Made by a program: the position numbers and the translations under genes
Origin: Mobula birostris
Lineage: Eukaryota
Direction: 5' to 3'
Length of the DNA stretch: 64,000 nucleotides
NCBI RefSeq assembly: GCF_030028105.1
Contig: NC_092398.1
Location: 9,554,725 to 9,618,724 of the forward strand
Part shown: positions 26,364 through 38,794 of the stretch, in pieces
Layout: every line of letters begins with the position of its first letter
Numbering within the stretch: position 1 is the first letter of the stretch
Notes under the pieces: model-generated
What the model was told of the DNA's origin: nothing
The model's database searches: none
The model's input: the letters and a program-made list of their open reading frames with translations, nothing else

Positions 26364-29300
26364 GTAACCGCGGGGGGCTCCAAGGCCGGGGCAGGAGCCC
26401 TGGCTCACCTCCCTTGTCGTAACGCAATCACCTGGCGTGGGAGAGGGTGAAGCGGCGTGAAGGCCAGGGTAGTGGGTGAGAGGACGGCAGGGGTGGTGGG
26501 GAAGGGTCGGCCTGAAGGGGAGGGTAGTAGGCGAGAGGACAGCGGCGGTGGGGACGGTCGGCCTGAAAGGGTGGGGCGGGGGAATGTTGTTTGAGGGAGG
26601 GGTGACTTGAAAAATCAAAGTGCACTCAGAGGGGCGAGGGGACGCGTCATTAATGTGTAATTGTGTTATTTTTATTTAGCTGGGAGAACTGGGAAAAGGA
26701 GCCGGCAAGGGTGGTGGTGGTGGAGGAACCATTAGAGAAGCGGGAGGTGCTTTTGGTACCAGACAAGCTGCTTTAGAAGAGAAGTATTTCAAGTAAGTCT
26801 TTTGCAATCTTGTTCACGGGCTCTTGTCTATATTTGGGCCCTTCTGACTGGTTGTTATGGTATAATTGAGTATTTAATGGTTAAGTTTTTAATTCGAGTA
26901 ACAAATTAGGAGCCCTTGAGTTGAAAGAAGCAATTACCTGAAATTTATAAACTCTACAGCAGGTAATTTAGTTGTCCGTAAGTGGTGTAAACATTGCTTG
27001 TGATGATCTTTGACTAATTCTGTACAGTCAATTTTGTTGTCATCCATCATTAAGGACTCCCATCACCTTGAATATGCCTTCTCATGGTTACAATCAAGGA
27101 GGAGGTACAGGAGCCTAAAGACTCTCACTGAATGATTCAGGAACAGCTTCTCCTCTACCATCCAATTTCTGAATGGACATTAAACCCATGAACACTGCCT
27201 CACTACTTTTTTATTTTTGCAGTAAATGTAACTATTCAATATATGTACTTGCTGTAATTCAGTTTTTTTTAGTTATGTGTTTATTGCATTGTCCTACTGC
27301 CACAAATACACAAACTTTACGACATATGGCAGCGATGTTGAACCTGATTCTGACTCAGGTTCTTAGACTTGAAATGTGCAGGATTCCCTAAAGGTTAACT
27401 TGCAGGTTGAGTTGGTGATAAGGAAGCAAATGTAATGTCAGCATCCATTTCCAGAGGACTAGAATATCAAAGCAGGAATGTAATGCTGAGGCTTTAAAGT
27501 GCTCAGTGCAAAAATATAAAATTGCTATAAATTATAAAATAGTACCAAAAGAAACTGTAATGAAGTAGTGTTCATGGACATCTGGTGGAAGGGAAGAAGG
27601 TGTGTCTAAGTCATTGAGTATGGGTTTTTATATTGATGGTCCAAAGAGGTTTTGTTTTCGCATTCATTATACAGGTGTCTATGGGTAAAATGAACTTTGA
27701 AATATGTTTTTTTCTGAAAGGTGGTTTGGTGTGTTTTCGTGCAGTGAAATTGTTGTAAGCCTGGCCATTCTAACTTGCTTTATAAATGCTGTTTATTGGG
27801 ATACAGTGCAGAATAGGCCCTTTTGGCCCTTCGAGCCGCGCTGCCTAGTTTAATCCTAATCACAGGACAATTTACAGTGACCAATTAACCTATCAACAGG
27901 TACATCTTTGGACTGTGGGAGGAAACCGGAGCACCCGGAAGAAACCCACACAGTTACGGGGGAAGACATACAAACTCATTACAGATTTTGTACTATGAGA
28001 AAGGGAAAACTGTACTTTCACTGATCATTGAATGGTTTGGGTAATTACTAGTGTCGTCCTTGGTCATTCTTCCTCTGCACCTAATCAAGCTTGGCTTTCC
28101 TTGCATTTAAATTTTTTTTAAAAATCAGGATTTAACCCTTATTGGGACTGCCAACAGGGCATTCCTGAACAATAGGAATTCTGCAGATGCTGGAAATTCA
28201 AGCAACACACATCAAGGTTGCTGGTGAACACAGCAGGCCAGGCAGCATCTCTAGGAAGAGGTACAGTCGACGTTTTAGGCTGAGACCCTTGGTCAGGACT
28301 TCGGTTAGTCCTGATGAAGGGTCTCTGCCTGAAACGTCGACTGTACCTCTTCCTAGAGATGCTGCCTGGCCTGCTGCGTTCACCAGCAACTTTGATGGGC
28401 ATTCCTGATCTGGGTGGCAGAATTTATGGCGTGTTTGTGGATGATACAAAGATGGGTGGAGGGGCAGGTAGTGCTGAGGAAGCAGAGAGGCTGCAGAAGG
28501 ACTTCGACAGGTTCGAAGAATGAGTAGAGAAGCGGCAGATGGAATACAGTGTCAGGAAGTGTGTGGTCAAAGTGCAGATTCCCTAAAAGTTAACTCAGGT
28601 TGCATCAGTAGCAAGGAAGGCAAATGCAACACCAGTATTCATTTCCAGAGGACTAGAAAATAAAAACAAGAATGTAATGCCGAGGCTTTAAGACATTGGT
28701 CAGACCACATTTCAACTATTATAGGCGGTTTTTGGCCCCTTATCTCAGAACTGATGTGCTGGGTTTGGAGAGGGTCCAAAGAAAGGTTGCAAGATTGATC
28801 CCAGCAACGATGGGGTTAATGTATGAGGAGCGTTTAGGAGAATGAGGGGGGGTCTCATTGAAATCTATCCAACATTGAAAGGCCTAGATAGAGTGGATGA
28901 GGTCATGTTTGCAATATTGAGAGTCTAAGCCCAGGAGACATCCCTTTAGAACAGATATGAGGAGGAATTTCTTTAGCCAGAGTGGTGAATCTCTGGAATT
29001 CAGCAATGGCAGCCAAGTCATTGGGTAGATTTAAAGTGGAGGTTGACAGGTAAGGGTGACAAAGCTTGTAGGTAGAAGGTAGGAGAATAGAGTTGAGGGG
29101 GAAATTAAATCAGTCATGATTGAATGGTAGAGTAGACTCAATGGGCCAAATGGTCTAATTCTGCTCCTGTGTCTCATGATCTTGTTCTTTGAATTCCTGG
29201 TGCCCTTTCCTTTCTGTTCCGAACATCTACCATGCTATCCCACCCTTGTACTGAAACCAAGATGTATTTGCATTCTCTATTATAAATGTACTTATTCTCA

Positions 29301-31510
29301 ATTTATGCAATAGGTATGTTCCTCAATAATTTTATCTGCATCCCTGTGGGTAATTTTGGCCTCAGTGTTAAACAATGCTTCAAATTTTTACCTCATTGAA
29401 ATATTTCTCTTTTGGCTTAGTCACCATCTACATTTTTAATAATGCAATTTGAGTAATATTGCTGCTGTACTGTCAGTTTAGGTATGATAAACATAGAAAA
29501 GTACAGCACAAAACAGGCTCTTTGGCCTATTTTGTCCCTGCCTTTTCTCATCGAACTGCACCAGGGCCATAGTCCTCCTTACCTCTGTCATCCATGCACT
29601 TATCCAAACTTCTCTTAATTTCATGTGCAAGCTGGCAGCTCATTCCACACTCCCACCACCCTTTCAGTGAAGAAATTTCCTGTCATGTTTCCCTTAAACT
29701 TTTCACCATTCACCCTTAACCCATGACCTCTAGTTGTCCTATTCAACTTCAGTGGCAAAATTACCCCTCATAATTTTGTATACCCCCTGTAACCCCCTCA
29801 CTGGGCTTGTATGCAAACTTGGCTGGCTGGGTCCTCTGCTTACAGCCATGTGACTCAGCGATGAGAAGACCACCTTTTATAAACTATAGATATTTAGGGT
29901 GGGTAAGAGTTGGGGTTCAACCAAACAGGAACATCATGATCCAATTAAAGAAACCTCGATTTGAACATGCTGTGTAAATACTGCCCATACAAGTATCAGT
30001 TGGCAAGAAATAACAACTTGGATACCGCATTAAATTATAAAGAAAGTATATTTACTAATTTTGGCTAATATCAAACAAGTATTGGGGAAAAAGAAAATAG
30101 TTGGGCCCATTACAGTTAAACCAGTCCAATGTGCACGTAGCCATTGGAGCTAGTCCTTTCCAAGACTCTGTATTCGGGGTATATTTCTTGTGCACTGCAC
30201 TTGGTCTCTGTGAAAGCCCCCACCACAATTTCAAACTCCCCTTGAAATCCATCTGTCTTTTGTATTGCCCTTACGCTTTGGAGCTATTCATCTGCACAAA
30301 GCACTTCTTACAATGGGGACTATTCAGCAGCATCTTCCCTTTTGTCCCGCTCCACGGCTCCCGCCAAAAGACCCCAAACCGCACTACCGTCCATCACAAG
30401 ACTTTCTCTGCGCTGCTGTCTAGAACTTTCTCCAGATCCCACCATCCTAATTGGCTAACAGCTTTCCAAAGTTGAACAGGGCACACTGCTTTTGCAGAAA
30501 ACTGCTAAAATGAAATGCCTTCTAAGGAATATAGTCTTAAATGATTCAATCTTTCCATATAATTCAGGTCCTCCTGACATAGCAACACCATTGTAAATTT
30601 TCTCTGTACTCATTCAGCCTTAATGACATCTTTCCTGTAAGTAGGTAACCAAAACTGCGCAAATACTCCAAATTGGACCTCACCAATGTCTTGTGCAACT
30701 TCAATGTACCTGTATTCAAATACATTTATATGATTATATATGTCTATTATATACTATATCTCATTCCACCGAGATGCAGCACAGAGCGTCATAGGAAGTC
30801 ATTCCTGCCTGTGACCATCAAACTTTACAACTCCTCCCTTGGAGGGTCAGACACCCTGAGCCAATAGGCTGGTCCTGGACTTATTTCATAATTTACTGGC
30901 ATAAATTACATATCACTATTTAACTATTTATGGTTCTATTACTATTTATTATTTATGTGCAACTGTAATGAAAACCAATTTCCCCCAGGATCAATAAAGT
31001 ATGACTATGTTATATAAATGTATATACTTAAATGACAATAAGCTTGACTGGATTTATGAAGGCAAATGTACCAAGAGGTTTATTTATGACCCTGTCTACC
31101 TGTGACACCACTTTCAGTGAATTATGGACCTGAGTTCCCAGATACTTCTGTTCTGCAGCACTCCTCAGTGCCCTACCATTCTCTGTGTCAGACCTGTGTA
31201 GATTAACTTTCCTATGGATTTGCTATAAAATCTGAAACAATAGACTATGTATGTAAGACCAGTTGAGCAGACTGGTTTTATGATGGTCTCTATTCCAGTG
31301 TGTTTTGGTGTTAAGACATGTCCCCATGTGATGAAGGCTGACTCAATGTTATTTTTCAGGGAAAAGGAAAGAGATCAGATTGAAAATCTGAGGAAGCATC
31401 ATCTGGAGGAGATTCAACACCACGAACGTGAGATCCAACGCTTGCAGGATGAGGTTAAACGTCACAAGAGCAAGATCAAGAAACTGAGGCTTAATGACAT
31501 AGATGACTAG
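26292..31510 (+). CDS. ATP5IF1: Mitochondrial ATP synthase inhibitory factor 1, 3 exons, 111 aa
   Basis: Exons 26292-26363, 26680-26792 and 31360-31510 join in frame through GT-AG introns. Arg-rich presequence, [18 protein letters not shown] inhibitory motif, His-rich coiled coil ([20 protein letters not shown]). AATAAA at 31604 and 31621. Confidence 0.96.
26680..26792 (+). CDS. ATP5IF1: ATP5IF1 exon 2
   Basis: tttatttag|[39 protein letters not shown]|GTAAGT. Confidence 0.96.
28169..28396. mobile_element. Fold-back non-autonomous PLE-end element with hammerhead motif
   Basis: Inverted arms 28210-28300 and 28307-28397 with a 6-nt loop. 12-bp TSD GGGCATTCCTGA at 28157-28168 and 28397-28408. 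Confidence 0.9.
28425..29185 (+). mobile_element. Decayed CR1 3' fragment in ATP5IF1 intron 2
   Basis: [23 protein letters not shown] and CR1 tail. Other CR1 pieces at ~12770-13035(-), 29490-31200(-), 33095-33880(-), 34465-34930(-), 58090-58885(+) and 59935-60650(-). Confidence 0.85.
29788..30530. mobile_element. LTR-like insert within CR1 fragment
   Basis: Starts TGTAAC and interrupts CR1; 3' end unclear. Confidence 0.5.
31360..31510 (+). CDS. ATP5IF1: ATP5IF1 exon 3
   Basis: tttttcag|(K)[49 protein letters not shown]. Confidence 0.95.
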
Positions 31511-34500
31511 ATGTTCTAATATTGTTTGGTTATCCATACATCGATCATGGGAGGGGTCAATTAATCTTTATGTAATCATGTTTGGCTGTACCAACTACAT
31601 ATCAATAAAGATGCCATCTGAATAAATTGTACTTTGGTCTTGTATGGAACATGAGCTTGCTGATTTTTTTCCCTGTATATAAAATCAAAAGCCTTGATCA
31701 CTGCAAATTCATAAATTTTTTTTGAGATGCAGAATATGCCCCCTGGCCCTTTTGAGCCACGTGGCCCAGCGATCTCCCCCACCGATTTATCTGAGTCACA
31801 GGACAATTTACATTGACCAATTAACCTACCAGCTGGAAACCCATGCTGTCACGGAGAAAATGTACAAGCTGCTTTCAGGCAGCAGTGGAAAGGGAATGTA
31901 TTTTTGCTTGCTTGAACATGATTTACATACAGTAACAAATGCATTTCCCCCATTCTGTGTGCAAATTTATTTTGGCCTCAAGCACGTACTGGTTGGAAAA
32001 AGACCCATCTGTGGTTTTCCATATCTTTTTATTCAAGGGGATCTTTTCTCATATACCAGGTTTCACTAGTAGAAATTGTTGCTGACCTGTGGGGAAGACA
32101 CCATGGTCTACCCTCTCTCGTCCCCTCTGGTAAGATCATTTATTAGTATTTCTGGAATTAATGGTTGCTTAGTCCATGTGACTATGGGTATGGCCTTTGC
32201 TGGTAAAAGATAATCAACTCCATCTGTGTATGGTGCTGTTACAGAAATATATAGCTGTACCAAAAGGAAAGCTGATGTATGGTTTTTCACATAGTTCAGT
32301 GGTTCCACTGTAGTGTACAACCTGAAATTCCTGCTCTTTGCAGACATCCACAAAACAAGGAAGTAGTAAAGAATGTGTTGTGTATGTGGCCTGGTTACAC
32401 AATAATGCTATTAATAAAAACGCTGGAGACGGGAGCTAAGTTTCATGGTTCTTTACTGGCAGAATCCAAACTCTGCACACACGTACAGATTAATACGTGC
32501 CTAGTAGCGCATTCAATGACATGTAACTAAAACATAAAGTAGTCCCTTATACTGTAGGCTATAAGGTACAGAATGAATGAGCGAAAACCATTAGAACCTG
32601 AAAGCCCCCCTCCCACACACAAACAGCAAAGTATTAACTCTCACCCCCAATTTGGTCCAGCAGGAAGCACCACCCATCATGCAGACAATAGCAAAGCCCC
32701 CGAAGAGACTATGATCTACGTCCATCAAAAACTGCAGTCCATAACCCAGCACTTTTGACATGTCTTGAGAGAGATGTGTCGCCCCTTCCACAGTGAGAGG
32801 AGACCAACAGCTCTGTTTCAATGTTACAGACTGCAGTGTCGCTTTTATTGAGAGTTTCTCTGACTTGAGAATTGGCAGCAAACTCTCACCTTCGAGAGGG
32901 ACAGCAATATTGAAATGTACTGACTGTTCAGGTTTAATTAAATGAGTCTTAATTAAAACTTTAGTATTGATAGTTTTGCAGGATATACTCCTCAGACTTG
33001 GACTGTGGGCTTGGCTGGTAAGGACAGCATTAGAGCCTTGTGTTGAAGATCCATGTGCAATGATTTACGGAAAGAGCAAATTTTGACCCAGTGATAAGAC
33101 CATAAATTATAGGAGTGGAATTAGGCCATTTGAGTCTACTCCACCATTTCATCACAGCTAATCCATTTCCCTCCCAGCCCCAATCTTCTGCCTTCTCCCC
33201 ATGACCCTCACGCCCTGACTGATCGAGAATATCAGCTGCTGGCTTCAATATACTCAATGACTTGGCCCCCACGGCCACCTATGGCAATAATTTCCACAGA
33301 TTCACCACTCTGTGACTAAAGAAATTCCTATTCATCTTTTTAAATGGATGTCCCTCTATTCTGAGGCCAAGTCCTCTGGTCTTGGACTCCCCCACCATTT
33401 GATACATCCTTTCCACATCCACTTTATCCAGGCCTTTCAATATTTGGTAGGTTTCAATGAGATATCCTTAATTCTTCTCAATTTATGTGAGTACAGGTCC
33501 AGATCCAGCAAACACACCTCAAATGATGAGCCTTTCAATCCCTGAATCATTTTTGTGAACCTCCTTTGAACTCCCTCCAATGTCAGCACATCCTTTCTTA
33601 GATAGTTCAAAACTGCTCAGGATGCTCCAAGTGAGACCTCACCAGTGCCTTATGAAGCCTCAACATTACATCCTGTTATATTCCAGTCCTCTTGAAATGA
33701 ATGCTAATGTCGTATTTGCCTTCCCCACAACTGACCCAATCTGCAAAGTAACCTTCATGGAATCCTGCATGAGTATTCCCAAGTCCCTTCGCACATCAGA
33801 TTTTTGAATTTTCTCTCCATTTTGAAAGTAGTCTACACTTTTATTTCTTCTCCCAAGGTGCATGACCATATACTTCCCAGCACTGTGTTCAGGTCTTGAT
33901 CCAAAACTGTGCAAATACAGAAAGAAAAATAATACTAAATAAACAATAAATATTGAGAACAGGAGATGAAGAACACGTGCCCAAATTGATGATAGCCTTT
34001 TAAAAACTGCCGGTCTTCCATACAACCTTGCCCAGGCCAGTGCCCTGGAAACCTTCCAAGGCCCAAATCCATGGTCTCACGAGACTAATGGATGCCTATT
34101 ACTATTTTAAAACCATGATAATTTTGAGTGGAGAATATCATTAATTAGTAAATTACTAATGAGACTGTAATAAATGAAGCACTTTAGAAAATCTGTTCAA
34201 AATTTATTATTAAGCTTTTTAAAAGAATTGAAAAATAATATTTCTAAATAGTCGTGTTATTGTAACCTTTTATTATCCAGATACTGATGTGTGCACCAGG
34301 TCTGTCAGAATTTCAAAACATATCATTCAGCATCCCATGTTCTTGCAACCATCAGGGATTCCCAACCTGGAGTTCATGGACCCCTCAGTTAATGATATAG
34401 GTCCATGGAATTCAAAAAGGCTGTGAACCCCCACTGGTATCAAGCCACTGTGAGATGTTTCCCATAAGACCATAAGATATAGGAGCAGAATTTGGCCATT

Positions 34501-36095
34501 TGACCCATCAATTCTGCTCTACCATTTCATCATGGCTGATCTATTCTTCCTCTCAGCCCCAGTCTCCAGCTTTTTCCCTGTTTCCTTTCATGCCCTGATC
34601 AATCAAGAATCTATCAACCTCTGCCTTAAATATATGTAAAGACTTGCCTTCCACAGCCACCTGTGGCAGCAAATTCCACAGATTCACTGCTCTCTGGCTA
34701 AAGAAATTCATCCTCATCTCCGTTCTAAAAGGGACACCACTCTATTTGGAGGCTGTGTCCTCTGGTCCTTGACATAGGAAGCATCCTCTCCACATTCATT
34801 CTATCAAGGCCTTTCAATATTCAATAGGTTTCAATTCTGAAACCATCCACCTGAACTCTAGTGAATACAGGCCCAGAGCCATCAAACACTCTTCATATGA
34901 CAAGCTGTTCAAACCTGGAATCATTTTCATATTTCCCATGAAAACATCTCTCTGCTTTGGGTTTTCAAAACAATCATTAGCTGCTTTATTTGACAGTAAA
35001 TATAGTCAATGGGTATCTTTTTATTGGGTGAGGTTTAAAGACTCAAGGGGCAACAATGCATGCCACAAGTCAACAAAATTTTTGCACGTGCCATAGGTTT
35101 GCCACTCCTGAATTAGATCAACCATAATCTTGAATGACAGAGCAAACTCAAGAATTGAAGTAGCCTACTTCTGCACCTAATTCAAATGGCAAAGAATTTG
35201 TGGCAGAAGTTTTATTATCTCATGTGTGGTGTGGGACAATGGACTTTGAAAAGAGTTGTTGCCTATTCCCAGTGATGCATCAGTGTAAATCAAATGCTCT
35301 GTTCAAAACGAGCCAAGAAACCAAAAGATCTGCTCTTGCAGCTGCCTTGCACTAACACCAGGTTGATAGTTCTGCAGTCTTTCCAGAATTCACACTGGCT
35401 CCCTGTTAGGAGTCCCCAGTCAAAGTGTGATGTGAGAGAGTTGAGAGGAAGCCCAGCAAAGACCTTGACTGCGATAGACTGTAAGAATATTCCCTCATAA
35501 TTGTCGCGGGACTGTCAGTTTCCCTTTCATTTACACAAGCGAATGACGTCTTTAAATTCCTGTGGAATCGTCTCTTGTTGCCACAAGAGTTGGAAGAGCT
35601 GATGGAGCTTTTCTGTTGGCACTGTACCACCCTCCTTGTGGGCCTCAGCTGGTATTGCGTCTGACCCAGGTGCTTTGCCGCTAGAGAGCTGACGTATCTC
35701 TTTCTGGTTCGGCAGAACATCCATTGCTTCATTGACAGCAACTTCGTACAGGTAATCAACGGCTTCGTCAAAGGACGGTCCAGAACGCAGTTAAAGTGCT
35801 CAGCCCACCTATGAAGAATTTTCTCTTTATCCGTGGTCAGTGTGCTCCCATCAGCACTAAGGAGAGGGGAAGATCCTGATGATGTGGGGCCATAGACTTC
35901 CTTTAGTACAGTGTAGAAGTTCTTTAAATCATACCTACCTGCATAGGACTGGAGCTCGTCAGCCTTATTGCTCAGACAGGAATCCAGCATCTGGAGTAGT
36001 TTGTGTTGCACAGATCTTTGTATGTTATTGAAGGCATCCTTTTTTTGAGATGGACTTAGGGTCAGTGAGGAAAGCTCTGTGGAGATGATATTTTT

Positions 36096-36733
36096 AAGAG
36101 GCGGGAGGAGAAGAAGGCGGCGCGACACAGCGCACGCAGGCTCTCCGGTGAAATGGTATCGTATTTGTTAAATAGGGTAACGTGCACAATTCTGATTTGA
36201 TGGAGACAGCTGTGAGAAGCACGGAAGAATATCTGGAGAAACTTCTGAAATGCCTGGTTCGCTGCCGCTGCTACTGTGCGATCAAGAATCTCCGGAAGAA
36301 AGGCCCCAAAATCCTCAGCTTTGCCTGCTGCTGGTGGCTGGGGCTGGGGTCGAAGCGTTGGGCAGAGATGGTGCTCAGTACTCGGTGTCAGAGGGCTGAT
36401 CGGAGCTCGAAGTTTTCGGACGACTCAGAGTCGGACTGTGGTCGGGCATGGCAGGGAGAGTTTTCTTCCTTCTCCCGTCTGCGTGAGATGTGGGACTTTC
36501 GAGAGACTTTGAACTTTTTTTTACCCTGCTCATGGCCTGTTCTTCATCAAGTTACAGTATTGCTTGCACTGTTGTAACTGTATGTTATAATTATCTGGTT
36601 TTTGTCAGTTTTTCAGTCTTGGTCTGTCCTATGTTTCTGTGATATCACACCGGAGGAATATTGTATCATTTCTTAATGCATGCATTACTAAATGACAATA
36701 AGAGGACTGCGTGTCCTCATAATCTAATCTAAT
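36096..36733 (+). mobile_element. Non-coding retroposon with (CTAAT)n tail, unclassified
   Basis: Inserted in the RTE. A 5'-truncated homolog with the same tail lies at ~16499-17080. Confidence 0.75.
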
Positions 36734-37326
36734 CATACAGCAGTTGTTTGATGCCGACATAGTTTTCATCTAATGAGTCCTTTCTTTCTGGTAGCAGGCC
36801 CCAGAATCTCTGCAGCAGAGTTGAGAATCCGCTCTCCAAACACTTTCCGCATTCTGATTGTCCGGAGGGGTGGATTTTAAGCAGTCTGCCAGAGCGTTGT
36901 CAAAAGACCGCTTTATGGCCGCTGCTTTTCATCTTGGAGACGTTCAGGTGCCTTCTGGCTTTCTTCCTTCGTGGGTGTCGCTAGTGCTGGATGTGGATGT
37001 TCGGTTTAGAGACGATGAGACGGTGGTCTGTCCCGCACTCAGGACCACAAGTAGATTTTATCAGACTAACATCCTGCCTGCCTCTCTTCCTGACAATGAC
37101 GCAGTCAATTAGGTGCCAGTGCTTAGAGTGGGGATGCATCCACTAAGTTCTGTTACGGGTGGGAAGGCGGACGACGGTGATGGTGATCAACAATTCATGT
37201 TTGGCACGCAACAGGAATAGAAGAAGGCTTTTGCAGCGGCCAGAATCATATTTCCCAATGACCCCATCCCAGGAGGTGCTGTCAGAGGCTTTTCTTGCGT
37301 TGAAGTCACCAAGGATGATAAGCTTC

Positions 37327-37942
37327 AAACACGAGGAATTCTGCAGATGCTGGAAATTCAAGCAACACACACAAAAGTTGCTGGTGAACGCAGCAGGTCA
37401 GGCAGCATCTCTAGGAAGAGGTACAGTTGATGTTTCGGGCTGAGACCCCTCGTCAGGACTAACTGAATGAAGAACTAGTAAGAGATTTGAAAGTGGGAGG
37501 GGGAGGGGGAGATCCGAAACGACAGAAGAAGGCAGGAGGGGGAGGGATGGAGCCAAGAGCTGGACAGGTGATTGGCAAAAGGGATATGAGAGGATCATGG
37601 GACAGGAGGCCCAGGGAGAAAGACAAGGGGGAGGGGGGAAAAGCCCAGAGGATGGGCAAGGGGTATAGTGAGAGGGACAGAGGGAGAAAAAGGAAAGAGA
37701 GAAAAAGAATGTGTGTATAAAAATAAATAACGGATGGGGTACGAGGGGGAGGTGGAGCATTAGCGGAAGTTTGAGAAGTCAATGTTCATGCCATCAGGTT
37801 GGAGGCTACCCAGACGGAATACAAGGTGTTGTCCTCCAACCTGAGTGTGGCTTCATCTTTACAGTAGAGGAGGCCGTGGACAGACATATCAGAATGGAAA
37901 TGGGACATGGAATTAAAATGTGTGGCCACTGGGAGATCCTGC
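37327..37942 (-). mobile_element. Penelope-like pLTR inserted in RTE LINE
   Basis: Near-identical to 10017-10625; splits the RTE endonuclease motif DK|LIILGDFNAR. Confidence 0.88.
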
Positions 37943-38794
37943 TTTGTCCATTTTGGGAACAAGGGCAATACCTGAGTGCAGTTATTCATAGAACTTGTCC
38001 TTGCCATCATCTGGGTTGTTCATGATTGGGGCGGGGGGTAAGCGCTGATGATGCTGACATGCTTCCTACTACATGACGGGGGGGTGGGGAATTTCATGGT
38101 CACGAGCCGGTCATTCACACCCTTTGGAGGTCCAGCAGGCTTGCCAGTGATTTCCCTCTTCACGGCAAATCCAACCCCAACCTCAAGTCGGTCTTGATTC
38201 CCTCTTCCACTCCAAAACAACGTGTGTCCCACGCCCCTTTCTCAAAGTTCGCCCTCTCCTGCAAGCCGGGTCTCACCGAGTCCGGGCTGTGATATCGATA
38301 TTACATCGGGCGAGCTCGCTCCCTGTTAGAGCAGTTCTCCTCTGTGGTCTGTCATCATCGAGTCTGTCCAACAGCGTGCGCGCTCTCCACACACCGAGGG
38401 TGAGAGCAATAGTCCTCCATTTTCTCTTTGATGTATCTCGACCGCTGTGATGGGTCCCTGCCAGCTGCGGTAAACCGGCTAGGGAAAGAATGGAGCAGGC
38501 AATGTTTGGGGCACTTTCCTAGCCCCTTCCTTATCTCGTGGAGGTGAGCAGTACACTTCTGAAAAGGGCTAGTGAGCCGACGGCCACTGCTGCTCCATGT
38601 CAGAAGATAACGACCCTGTAGCCTGAACCGCCCGTGTGTGGGTTTGCGGCCACGGCTGCCAGGGTAATTCAGAACTAATGAAGAGCCTCGGCCCAAAATG
38701 TTGACTGTTTACTCTTTCCCATAGATGGGGCCTGGCTGCTACGTTCCTCCGGCAATTTGCGTGTATTACTTTGATTTCCAGCATCTGCAGATTT

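Larger units (their letters stand above)
35270..38680 (-). mobile_element. RTE (BovB-like) LINE remnant, interrupted twice
   Basis: APE motifs GHTLFWSG..GVGFAVK..GVNDRL and LIILGDFNAR; tether KEVYGP..LTTDKEKILHRWAEHF and GKAPGSDAIPAE. Confidence 0.88.

Noticed and set aside
31247-31359. N-terminal part of ORF 31247-31510
   Set aside because: Intronic read-through; only 31360-31510 is the ATP5IF1 exon.
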